Shown: piece after piece, positions 1 through 11,027 of the stretch | How the letters are laid out: each line of letters opens with the position of its first letter | How positions within the stretch are numbered: position 1 is the first letter of the stretch | Assembly (NCBI GenBank): GCA_052327205.1 | Contig: CM126228.1 | Span: forward strand, 30,318,001-30,382,000 | Reading direction: 5' to 3' | Origin: Somniosus microcephalus | Lineage: Eukaryota | DNA: 64,000 nt | Position numbers and translations under genes: made by a program | The notes under the pieces: model-generated | Told to the model about the DNA's origin: nothing | The model's input: the letters and a program-made list of their open reading frames with translations, nothing else | Databases searched by the model: none

Positions 1-278
1 TAGGTCAAGGAGCACAAGGTCGATGGACGAATGGGACTTGTTGTGGGTTAGGTGAGCAGCAGAGTGTTCGATGAGCTGAAGATTATGGAGGATGCAAGGT
101 GAGAAGACAGCCATGAGAGCATTGGAATAGTCGTGTCTAGAGGTAACAAAGACGTGGATGAGCATTTCAGCAGCAGGATGGAGACGGGCGATGTTATGGA
201 GATGGAGGTGGAAGTAGGCAGTCTTGGTGATGGAGAGGATATGGGGTCAGAAGCTCAGCTCAGGGTCAAATAGAATAC
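1..278 (-). mobile_element. L2-clade LINE fragment (C-terminal part of ORF2)
   Basis: Minus strand reads ...ITKTAYFHL..NIARL...LIHVFVTSRHDYSNAL..., the typical L2 'IHAFVTSRLDYCNAL' region; contains stops. Confidence 0.75.
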
Positions 279-1331
279 AGTTCTATACCAGGTCTAAAGT
301 TGCAGTATAACTGACATCTAAAACACAGCAATTCTAAACCCTTATTAAAAGTTTATTTTTATCCACTTTTAGTTCTTCAACCCAGTCCCTGCTTCTAACA
401 AGCTGACAGGGATCAAAATTTCAGCAGGTGGGAAATCCTAGACACAAACCCCATAACATACTTATTCTCTGTGGAACAGTGTGTTAGCTTACAGTGTCAC
501 CAAGTTATCCTGAGGACTTAACACTTTGAAACTAACCGAGGAGTCTGCCTGTGACACTTGGGACCTAGAGTAGATATCAAGAAATTAATATTCCCCATTC
601 TCCTTAACAGATAAAACAAACTAATTCAAACCCCTTTTAAAAAAAAGCGATTGAATTTCCTGTGGCATCTGAAGCTACGTTGCGATGCTTAGCTGTTAAT
701 CTGCTCTCTGCATTTAAGGCCGCTGCTCTTAATAGGCAAATCCAAGTGATTGCAGCTACTTATTGAGGTCATTCAGAGCGTAGCTTCAACTGTTTGGAAA
801 TTTCAGGGCTTTGCGTCAATGATTGGCCTTCCTTTTTTTTTAACTATTTTGTGTCTGTAACAAAGTGTGACACATGGTGACGTAAGAAAACTACTAGGCA
901 CTTGGTCTAAGCATTAAACAAAGCTTTAATCAACTGTTTTACAACATGGAGGTCTAGTTGTGTCCTTCACTAGTTCCTGTTAAGAATGTCCTGCACAAGC
1001 TGGGCCCGTGCCCGAGTATTTATACTCTCCCTGGACAGCGCCACCCGTAGGCCGCTCAGTATTATTTCATAAAGTCTTTCTTTCATGAATGACTGATTCA
1101 TGTCACATGGAACTGTGACACCCGTGTATGATGGGTGTGCACTAGATGCAATATAAGAGGGGCTGGAGCCACAAGGAGAGGGATTAATATGGCCCAAAGG
1201 TAACTTGTAATTAGTACTTAAAATAAATAATGAACTGTTATATATTCTGGATATCCAGAGGCTGGGTTAAACCAAGGTCCTGTCTGGTTTCTCAGGTGGA
1301 CAGAAAAGATCCTATGTACTATTCAAAGAAG

Positions 1332-1754
1332 CCTATATTCTCTGGAGTTTAGAAGAATGAGAGGTGATCTCTTGGAAACATACACAATTCTTACAGGGCT
1401 TGACAGGGTAGATGCAGGGAGGATGTTTCCCCTGGCTGGGGAGTCTAGAACCAGGGGTCATAGTCTCAGAATAAGGGGTCGGCCATTTAGGACTGAGATG
1501 AGGAGAAATTTCTTCACTCCAAGGGTGGTGAATCTTTGGAATTCTCTACCCCAGAGGGCTGTGGAGGCTCAGTCGTTGAGTATATTCAAAACAGAGATCG
1601 ATAGATTTTTGGATGTTAAGGGAATCAAGGGATGTGGCGATAGTACAGGAAAGTGGAGTTGAGGTAGAAGGTCAGCCATGATCTTATTGAATGGCGGAGC
1701 AGGCTCAAGGGGCCAAATGGCCTACTCCTGCTCTTATTTCTTCTGTTCTTATGT
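1332..1754 (+). mobile_element. 5'-truncated CR1 LINE
   Basis: ORF 1357-1662 matches the C-terminus of ORF2 at 26541-29492; 3' stem-loop and ttcttatg tail. Confidence 0.92.
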
Positions 1755-1773
1755 AAGAGCAGGGAAGTTCTCC

Positions 1774-2070
1774 TTACCATCTCCTTTTGCTTTGTACTAT
1801 CATACCATTCATCATTTAATCTCTCCTGCCTTCCACCCTATCACAGACCGTCCCTTTTGTTCTTTCCTCCCCTCCTCCTTTCCCTGCCCCTGCACTTGCT
1901 TAAAATCTGTTACCTCTCTAACTTTTTCCAGTTCTAACAAAACGTCACAGACCTGAAACGTTAACTCTGTTTCTCTCTCCACAGATGCTGCCTGACCTGC
2001 TGAGTATTTCCAACATTCTCTGTTTTTATTTCAGATTTCCAGCATCTGCAGTATTTTGCTTTTGTATTAG
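1774..2070 (+). mobile_element. Penelope-type short repeat, copy 1 (degenerate hammerhead core)
   Basis: Homologous to 4825-5138; flanked by 8-bp direct repeat agttctcc (1766-1773, 2071-2078). Confidence 0.7.
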
Positions 2071-2489
2071 AGTTCTCCTGGTGTCCTCGCCAATATTATC
2101 CCTCAACCTACTTCACTTTAAAAAAAAACTGGATTACCCAGTCAGTTATCTCATTGGTATTTGTGGGAGCTTTTTGAGTGTAAATTGGCTGCCACATTTG
2201 ACTACATTACAGCAGTGATCACACTTCAAAAGTATTGGATGTGAAGTGCTTTAGAACATCCAGAGGTCATGAAAGGGACTATATAAATGCCAGCTTTTGC
2301 TTGAATTGAAAAATTTGTTCCATGCCCTCTTTTTAATGATGTTCTGAATTTAATCAATGAACTAATGCAATCTTCATGGAACTTAGTTTTTGTTTGTTTT
2401 GAAAAGCAAATAATAATGAATTTTCATTAAATTTAAATGCCTGTGGTTAACACAACTGATTTTTGTTGAGTTAAGCAAAAAATCTTTTC

Positions 2490-3575
2490 AACTCCTCACC
2501 CCAAACTCTCCATTCCTCTGAATTCAGCACCTTGTGCATGCCTTTCTCCTTTCGCCCCACCATTGTCGGCCATGTCTTCAGCTACCTAGGTCCCACACTC
2601 TACAATCCCCCTCCACACCTTGCTCTCCTCTATTAAGATCCCCCTTAAAGCCAACCTCTTTGGCCAAGCTTTTAGTCGCCCCTCTTAATATCTCCTTTTT
2701 TGGCTCAGGATCCATTTTTGCTCATAGAATCAAACTGCACTGAAGGAGGCCATTTGGCCCACCGTACCTGTGCCGGCTCTTTGAAAGAGCTGTCCAATTA
2801 GTCCCACTTCCCTGATCTTTTCCCGTGGCCTTGCAATTTTTTCCTATTCAAGTTATATTTCCAATTCCATTTTGAAAGTTACTATTGAATCTGCTTCCAA
2901 CCCCCTTTCAGGCAGGGCATTCCGGATCAGACCAGCTCGGTGTGAAAAATAACATTCTTCTCATCTCCCCTCTAGTTCTTTTGCCAATTACCTTAAATCT
3001 GTGTCCTCTGGTTACCGACCATCCTGCCAGTGGAAATGGTTTATTTTTATTTACTCTATCTAAACCTTTCAAAATGTTGAACGCCTCTATTAAATCTCCC
3101 CTTAACCTTCCCTGCTCGAAGGAGAACAATCCCAGCTTCTCCAGTCTCTCCACATAACTGAAGTCCCTCATCCCTGGTACCATTCTAATAAATCGCCTCA
3201 GCACCCTCTTCATGACCTGAATAGCCTTCCTAAAGTGTAGTGCCCAGAATTGGACACCATACTCCAACTGAGGCCCAACCAGTGACTTATAAAGATTTGG
3301 CATAATTTCCTTGCTTTTGTAATCTTTGCCTCTATTTATAAAGCCCAGGATCCTGTACTTTTTTGTAACAGCCTTTTCAACTTGTCCTGTCACCTTCAAA
3401 GACTTGTGTATGTGAACCCCCAGGTCTCTCTATTCCTGCACCCACCATAAAATCATATCATTTAGCTTATATTGTCTCTCCTCAGTCTGCCAAAAAGCTT
3501 CACTTCATAATCTTCGCTGAAGCACCTTGGGAGGGTATTCTACGTTAAAAGTGCTATATAATACAAGGTGTTGTT
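2490..3575 (+). mobile_element. L2-clade LINE 3' end split by a CR1 insertion
   Basis: 2490-2722 resembles the L2 ORF2 end (cattgtcggccatgtcttcagctacctaggtccc...); L2-type tail resumes at about 3518-3575 (gtgctatataatacaaggtgttgtt). Confidence 0.55.
2724..3500 (-). mobile_element. CR1 LINE 3' fragment
   Basis: ORF 2908-3399 (LYKSLVGPQLEYGVQFW...RLRGDLIE) homologous to CR1 ORF2. Confidence 0.9.
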
Positions 3576-4824
3576 ACTTAGATGGATTCTTAAAATAGAG
3601 TGCTTTAGAATTCACTTTTAATTTTATTTTTACTTTTAAATTACTTCTTTGTATTGCTGAACAGCTGTAGAACAGGATTGAAAAGGTTTCATACCATAAC
3701 AATTTGAGTCATCACGACCAGTAATTGACGATTAGTCACATACTAAATGTCTTACTGCTTTTTTCTGTGATCTGATCTTACGCTGTCAGGTATTTACGTC
3801 TTCTCATTTCTATCACAAGTTACAGTAATTAGCTTATTATAAAGCACCGAAAAGAGCAGGCGGTACAAGGTAAGGAAATAATAACATCGACTTAAAATAA
3901 CACCCACTTGTTAATCAGCTACTAATTGATACATTTTGTAATGCTACCAGTTTGTAATTAAGAAGGATTGGGAGAATTTAGTTAAATTGTTATAAATAGT
4001 GCTGCAGGCTGAGTGGTGACATAGCATATTGCTAATTCCCACAATCTGTGCTACAGAATGCTAAATCATGGGTTAAAAATATAAACAGAATGAGCAACGG
4101 TGCTTAAAAACCTCAAAGGGTTTGTTTTCCCATTAACTTTCCCATATACTTTGTAATTTAAGAGGAAATCGCAAACTTTTAAGTTACTGAGTAGGCAGCT
4201 CGCTTTCTGTTCATTATATTCAGCCAAATGCCTTATATGGGAATCTTTAAACGTGTGAGAAAAAAGGCCCAGGAATATCGGGTTACAGGAAATAGCTGCT
4301 CGTGTTCATTGCAACTGACTCTTAAAAAGAGCTGTGGCTGGGAGTTTAGGCTCGGTACAAGATGAATTCCTCTCAGTTCTAATAGAACAGTTGACTTGAT
4401 TGGTACCTGCTCGGCACACAAAGACAGGCCAAGCACTGGTCAGCGCTGATGGTTCCTTGGGGGGGATATAAGCTTGCAGCAGTCTGAGGCTCTGAGAGCC
4501 AGATTGTTTCACAAGAAGAACCTGGGGACAGATTGAGAGGAACGGTTCACACTCGCTGTAGCTGCACGCAGCCATAACAATGATCGTCTCGGGGGCTGGC
4601 ATCCCAAGTTAATCCCTCTGAATCACGCCAGGTTACTCAGGTGACACATACCTCCACGCTCTTCATATGAGTTCCCCTTTTCAGCAGGAAGGAAATGAAA
4701 AAAGGAGAATAACTGAGGGGTCAGTTAATGTGGTCCCACATTTTATTTAGCCACTATATTAAAGAAAGAAGGAACTTGCATTTATATAGCACCTTTCATG
4801 ACCTCAATACTAGGAAATACTTTT

Positions 4825-5138
4825 CTTAACTTGTCCCATTACCATTTCCTTTTGCCTTGCACCATCTCTTAATCTCTCTTAAATACCTCTTAATCTCTCC
4901 TGCCTTCCACCCAATCACAGACCTTCCCTTTTGATCTTTCCTCCCCTCCCCCCTTTCCCTGCCCCTGCACTTGCTTAAAACCTGTTCGATCTCCAACTTT
5001 GTCCAGTTCTGACGAAGGGTCATCGACCTGAAACGTTAACTCTGTTTCTCTCTCCACGGATGCTGCCTGACCTGCTGAGTATTTCCAGCATTTTCTGTTT
5101 TTATTTCAGATTTCCAGCATCCGCAGTATTTTGCTTTT
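4825..5138 (+). mobile_element. Penelope-type short repeat, copy 2
   Basis: 11-bp target-site duplication gaaatactttt (4814-4824, 5139-5149); contains hammerhead core. Confidence 0.75.
5005..5041 (+). ncRNA. Minimal type I hammerhead ribozyme motif
   Basis: agtt-CTGACGA-a-gggtc(atc)gacct-GAAACGTT-aact: CUGAnGA and GAAA cores, stem II, palindromic ACGU helix III, stem I agtt/aact. Confidence 0.7.
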
Positions 5139-5942
5139 GAAATACTTTTGAAGTTAGTCGCTGTTGTTATACAGCAGCCAATTTGCGCACAGCAAGCTCC
5201 CACGTACAGCAATGAGATGATGACCAGATAGTCTGTTTTAGTGAAGTTGGTTGAAGGATAAATATTAGCCAGGACACCGGAGAGAACTCACCTGCTCATA
5301 TTTTAGCAAAATATGCTTTATGAAACCTATTAAGTTCTCATTTAAAAAAAAAGACATAAGTAATATTAAAATGTCTCCAAACCAATATAAAATATATTTT
5401 TTCTATTATTTAATTGCAATGAAACTTTAAACTGACATCTTTTGCATCCATTAGGGTATTTAATTTATAATTAAAATTTTACCCATATTGAAAGTGCAGC
5501 TCTTGAAGTGCTGAACTTTTAATTTTCAAATGATGTGCACCTCTTTGTAAAATAATATCTGCAAACCATTCTTTTTTTTACATTTTATGGAATCATAAAA
5601 AAAGGCAGAGAATCAAACATTTTTCAATTCACGAACTTGCATTTGTAATCATACTTTTACGTAGAAAAATGTCCCCAAAGCAATTCACAGAGAAGAAAAT
5701 GGATGCTGAGCAGCAATGGGAAAGAGTTGTTAATGTTTTAAAAAGAATTTTAAAGACAGAGAGGTAGCAGAATGGAGGTTTTACAATGGGAGTGCCAGAA
5801 AGTAGGGCCAGTTGGCCACTTATAATGGTACACAGAGAGGATGGGATGCACAGGAGGCCATTCTATAAACTTTTACGATTTTTGACATATACCAGAATAT
5901 GTTCCTCTGAAGGTGATGTGGAGTGCTTCAAATAAGGAAGTA

Positions 5943-6587
5943 AGGCCTTTATTGCAAAGGGGTTGGAGTATAAGAGTAAGGAAGTCTTGCTACAATTGTG
6001 CAGGGCCTTGGTGAGACCACACCTGGAGTACGGTGCACAGTTTTGGTCTCCTTATCTAAGGAAGGATATACTTGCCTTGGAGGCGGTGCAACAAAGGTTC
6101 ACTAGATTGGTTCCTGGGATGAGAGGGCTGTCCTATGATGAGAGATTGTGTAGAATGGGCCGATACTCTCTGGAGTTTAGAAGAATGAGAGGTGATCTCA
6201 TTTAAATATACAAAATTCTGAAGGGGATTGACAGGGTAGATGCTGAGAGGTTGTTTCCCTTGGCTGGAGTGTCTAGAACTAGGGGGCATAGTCTCAGGAT
6301 AAGGGGTAGGCCATTTAAGACCAAGATGAGGAAGAATTCCTTCACTCAGAGGGTTGTGAATCTTTGGAATTCTCTGCCCCAGAGGGCTGTGCATGCTGAG
6401 TCTTTGAGTATATTCAAGGCTGAGATCGATAGATTTTTGGACTCATGGGGAATCAAGGGATATGGAGATCGGGCGAGAAAGTGGAGTTGAGGTCGATGAT
6501 CAGCCATGATCTTATTGAATGGTGGAGCAAGCTCGAGGAGCCGTATGATCTACTCCTGCTCCTATTTCTTATGTTCTTATGTTCTTA
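5943..6587 (+). mobile_element. 5'-truncated CR1 LINE
   Basis: ORFs 5963-6205 and 6251-6490 are CR1 ORF2 C-terminus with a premature stop; (ttcttatg)n tail. Confidence 0.92.
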
Positions 6588-7245
6588 AATCTTAGCCTTG
6601 GCTGTTATACCTACATGAGCTGCAGAATTGAATTCTAAATCTTGCCAAGGTAGTTGTGTTCCTGCATGCAGGAAGTACCAAGTTTCATCTTGTGCAACAC
6701 TATTCATTCATCCTCTTGGCCAGAGTCTGAGGTGCTTGGACAATGAAGTCACAAAGGGTCGAAGTGGGGAGCAGAATTCAATAGGACGAGTCCTTTGATG
6801 ATCGAGTGGTTACAGGCTTGTAATACAGAGCCGAATTGACAAGGAAGATTCTTTATTCTCTGATTAGTGCTGAGTTAGCCAAGCTCAGCAGGGAAATTAT
6901 GGGCTGATATAATTGGCCTCAGCGCTCTGCCCTAGAAAAAGGAAAAATCAGCTAGTGGGTGAAGACAGGATCATGCTTGGCTGTTAAGACACCCACAATT
7001 GAGTGACCCACTCAGTGTCCAGACTCACACATGACCAATGGTCACTTGGGTAAGGTATAGAATACGGACAGTATTCCTAGAACCAGCCTGAGTTCCCATC
7101 TCCAGAGAAGGGAGTGTGAGACGTAGAGACAATTGAAAGGATAGCATGAATAAGACATTGTAAATTGAACCTGTTGGGGAACGTAGCTACAACTTTAAAT
7201 TTAAAGTTTTCTGACTTGCGGATAAAATTCTTCCTAAAACTCTAT

Positions 7246-8520
7246 GGGGGAGAAATTCGGTTGGTTGCACCACCAATTAACGCCTAAAGAGGCCGAGAAG
7301 TGGGGCGCTAGCCAATTTCCGGGTGGGCGCAGGGCGCCTAGCGCCTCACCCCATATTGAGCATGCATTTAGCGCCGACGCTAAATCTTAGCGCCCGCTCA
7401 CGGGCGCAGGCTGATTATGACGTAATTTGAGTGTGCAACGCCTTTTGGGCGCCCCGGACCGGAAATTCAGTGGCGCCCCCCTCCGTAGCGCCTGGCGCTA
7501 ATAGTGACAGCTTACCTGCAACCTTACCAAGTCGCTCTCGGGCTGGAGGAGCGTTATTTAAAGGGGACTGGTGTGCCTTAAAAGCGGCAGCCATTTTTGG
7601 AGCACAACTTCCTCGAGAGCTACAAAGAGTTGCTGAGCTGCACATTGAGAGCCATTTGACCACTGAGCCAGCGCAGGTAGATGATCTTCAGCCTTCTGAC
7701 CATCACCTTGCTGTCGGTGAGCCTTGACAACGGGGAACCTTCCTGTGGGCACTTATTATGGGGGCTGCATTGGAGGGGAACACCCTGCTGCTGAATCATC
7801 TGGAAAGGGCACTGAGACGCTGGGAGAGGGGGGCGGGCATGGCCAGATGGAGGAGGGCCAACAGACATCGCCACAGCAGACCTTACGCTGGTAGGGTTTT
7901 CCGACAGCAGTTTTCCTACATGAACATGCCAGAGGAGCAGTGTGTCAGAAGGCTGCGATTTAGAAAGGAGGTGGTGACTGAGCTGTGCCAGCTGCTTCAA
8001 CCAGATCTGCAGCCTCAGATAAGGTGCAGGACATCTCTGTCGGTGGCTGAGAAGAAACCTGCTGGCCTGAACTTCTACGCGAGCGGCTCTTCTCAGGCTG
8101 CGCGTCAGAGGCTGATCAGAAGTAGCTTCTAGGCCCCTCTCATGGAATGCTTGCTGCCATTCCAAGAACAGGAATGGAACCGGTCTGATACCCCCAAGCC
8201 TGTGAAGGGCAAGATGCATGTAAATAGCAGGCATGGCCATTGTAAATGAAGAAAGTGTTTCATTACACAAAATGTGGTTCCTTCAAACATGAGAAAGCTA
8301 TGGCAACAGAAAGCAAAACTAATACACTGACACATAACTGCCTCTCACACCCGGGAGACTGTCCAAAACATAAATCACATTCCGACCATCTTCCTTGGCC
8401 TTGATTCCACTGCGCCAACCAAAGCATCCAATGCCCCATTAGTGAGGTGTTCCACCCTCTGCCTCACCCTTTCCATTTCTTGCTAGGCTGGTGCGCCACA
8501 GGTAGGTTCCCACCGCTTTG
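7246..8520 (+). mobile_element. Internally deleted PIF/Harbinger transposon (one terminus seen; right boundary uncertain)
   Basis: Starts gggggagaaattcggttggttgc, similar to the transposase-side ends at 14869 and 37637; TGACGTAA lies 172 bp in, as TGACGTCA does in both full elements. Confidence 0.8.
7758..8132 (+). CDS. Truncated Harbinger transposase: N-terminus fused in frame to the last 11 residues, DDE core deleted
   Basis: 124 aa; aligns with the 13237-14361 protein to NFYASGS, then jumps to AARQRLIRSSF* (cf. AARRRLIERQF*). Confidence 0.75.
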   Translation: MGAALEGNTLLLNHLERALRRWERGAGMARWRRANRHRHSRPYAGRVFRQQFSYMNMPEEQCVRRLRFRKEVVTELCQLLQPDLQPQIRCRTSLSVAEKKPAGLNFYASGSSQAARQRLIRSSF

Positions 8521-8963
8521 AAGGCCTACATAGGCTCTGTACTCATTTATAACCAGTACCTACTGTATCTGTATTGCACCGCATATCTGGGGATGGATTT
8601 TCAGAGACCAAATACAGGCCTTTTAAACCTTGCAGTCTGACACCTACCAGCAAAACATACAGGACCGTTGCCGAGGCGTTAGCCCCTGGAGTTTAGATGC
8701 ATGGGGGCAGTAAGGATGGCAGAAAATAAGTCCACTTTTTTGAACAATTTTGGGGTACAAGCAGCGAGCTATAGAAAAAAAATGGAAATACAATGATATT
8801 CTTTTTCCATATATGGTGCTGAAATGTTACTGCAGGCCTCAAAGAGCTTAGGCATAGAATTACATAGAATTTACAGCACAGAAACAGGCCATTCAGCCCA
8901 CATTCGGTCTATGCCGGTGATTTTGCGCCACACGAGCCACATCCCACTCTGTTTACTTCATCT

Positions 8964-10312
8964 CATAAGAACATAAGAAATAGGAGCAGGGGGCGGCCAT
9001 TCGGCCCCTCGAGTCTGCTCCACCATTCAATAAGATCATGGCTGGTCTTTTACCTCATCTCCACTTTCCTGCACTATCCCCATATCCCTTGATTCCCTTA
9101 ATATTCAAAAATCTATCGATCTCTGTCTTAAATATACTCAACGACTGAGCCTCCACAGCCCACTGGGGTAGAGAATTCCAAAGATTCACCACCCTCTGAG
9201 TGAAGAAATTTCTCCTCATCTCAGTCCTAAATGGCCGACCCCTTATTCTGAGACTGTGACCCCTGGTTCTAGACTCCCCAGTCAGGGGAAACATCCTCCC
9301 TGCATCTACCCTGTCAAGCCCTGTAAGAATTTTGTATGTTTCAATGAGATCACCTCTCATTCTTCTAAACTCCAGAGAATATCGGCCTAGTCTACTCAAT
9401 CTCTCCTCATAGGACAATCCCCCCATCCCAGGAACCAGTCTGGTGAACCTTCGTTGCACTCCCTCTGTGGCAAGTATATCCTTCCTTAGGTAAGGAGACC
9501 AAAACTGTACACAATGGCCCAGAAATTCGGGTCGGAGGCTTCCCGCGGGTGCAAGCCTCCGACCTGCACTTACCTAGCACGCCGGACGTTGAGCTGTGGG
9601 CCCGCGTGGGATTCCGATCCTGGGCCTCCTCCAACTGCCGGCGCGCAGTGCTTGCGTATCCCAGGGGCGCAGTTAGTTCGATGCGTCCCCTGGGATCACG
9701 TGGGCCATGGAGAGCCAATGGTAGCAGGGAAATGCCCATTCATAAAATTGACAGGAAGAGTTGTCAAAACTATAAATACTATAAGCCCCAAAACATCACT
9801 AAAACTTCAAATAAATTTTAAAAAAACATCACATTTTTAAAATAACTATAAATGACATAAAATAACTATTTTAAACAATAATTTAAATTTTTTAAAAAAT
9901 TAATTACATTTTCTAACGGGGCTAAAAATAAACTTACAAGTATTTAAAAATAATAAACCTGTGGAAAAAATGTTTTAATTTTAATTATTTCACCACTTAC
10001 CTTGTTAAAGGCAGGCCTTGCACCTGCTTTTTACATGTGTAACTTCTGGAGGCTTACCCTCCCGGAGAACCCTTCAAAAAAAACGTAAGTTCCAGGCGTA
10101 CGCGCTGCCTCTCCGGCGCACACGTTCGACCTCTGAACCCCTTCCTTTAAGGGAACGGAAGTTCCGGTTTTCCATGCATGCGCAGTGCATGCACGAAACT
10201 GGCACTTCCGTTGGGCCTACGGGTAAGTACCCCGTGCGTACTCACCCGTGGAGACCCGAATTTCTGGGCCAATACTCCAGGTGTGGTCTCAGCAGGGCCC
10301 TATATAATTGCA
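8964..10312 (-). mobile_element. CR1 LINE 3' fragment split by a MITE
   Basis: ORF 9055-9459; coding sequence (RPHLEY|CVQFWSP) continues across 9515/10271. Confidence 0.9.
9516..10270. mobile_element. Harbinger-type MITE, family A copy 1
   Basis: Perfect 18-bp TIR ggcccagaaattcgggtc; AAT target duplication; AT-rich core. Confidence 0.92.
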
Positions 10313-11027
10313 GTCTCACCCTGTCAACACAGTTAAAGGTGAAGAAAATAAAACTTTTAAAGGCTAAGGTGGAAAAGCAAAAGAGAGTTCTACGAGTGAA
10401 ATAAGGGGACCATTACTATGAACATTATTATTGAAAATAATTGAATATTAATCACTGTGCAAAGGTCACACTTCTTCCCAAACTACTGTTTTTGTTGTCA
10501 CGTGTGAGTGATGTAAAGAATGAAAGAACTCACATTTATATAATGCCTTTTATGGCCTCCGGCTGCCCCAAAACACTTCATAGCCAATAAAATAATTTTG
10601 AAGTGTAGTCACTGTTATTATGTAGGAAACGCGGCACACAGCTAAGCCCCACAAGCTGCAGATAATGGCCTAGAAATTCAGTATAGCCACTTTTGGGGTG
10701 CTAAAGTCGGGCGGCCGCTAAAGTTTGCGCCCGGCGCAAAGTCGCGCCCCCTTCGCCGATATTCAGTCGCATCGCCCCAAGAGGTTGCTGCTGCGCTAAA
10801 ACAGGCGATGCACGACTATCTTTAGGCACTAAGCCGGCGGTGCTGAGCGATACCCCCGAGGCCGGGCGCAGCGCCGGTGCAGCGAATTCTTGATTGACGG
10901 CAGACACTCTGGCGCCGGTCAGCTCTTAAAGGGGGAGGGTCGATTTGTTTGCCTGCCACGCCCTGCACACTGCAGCCCTCAACCTAGGCCTGACCACTTC
11001 AGCTTCACCTGCACAACGCCCAGGGCT

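Larger units (their letters stand above)
1264..2295 (+). mobile_element. Deu-domain SINE (SacSINE1-like), interrupted by a CR1 and a Penelope-type insert
   Basis: Segments 1264-1331, 1755-1773 and 2071-2295 join into the same sequence as the copy at 47180-47535 (gttaaacc.agg...aaagatcc.atg..ctatt..aagaagagcaggg.agttctcc..gtgtcc). Confidence 0.7.
4762..5300 (-). mobile_element. Deu-domain SINE 3' half, interrupted
   Basis: Reverse complement of the SINE tail (aacttgcatttatatagcacctttcatgacctc) and of the Deu segment (aaatattagccaggacaccggagagaactc). Confidence 0.7.

Noticed and set aside
1036-1053. CTCF-like site cagcgccacccgtaggcc
   Set aside because: Three mismatches in the core; cannot be supported from sequence alone
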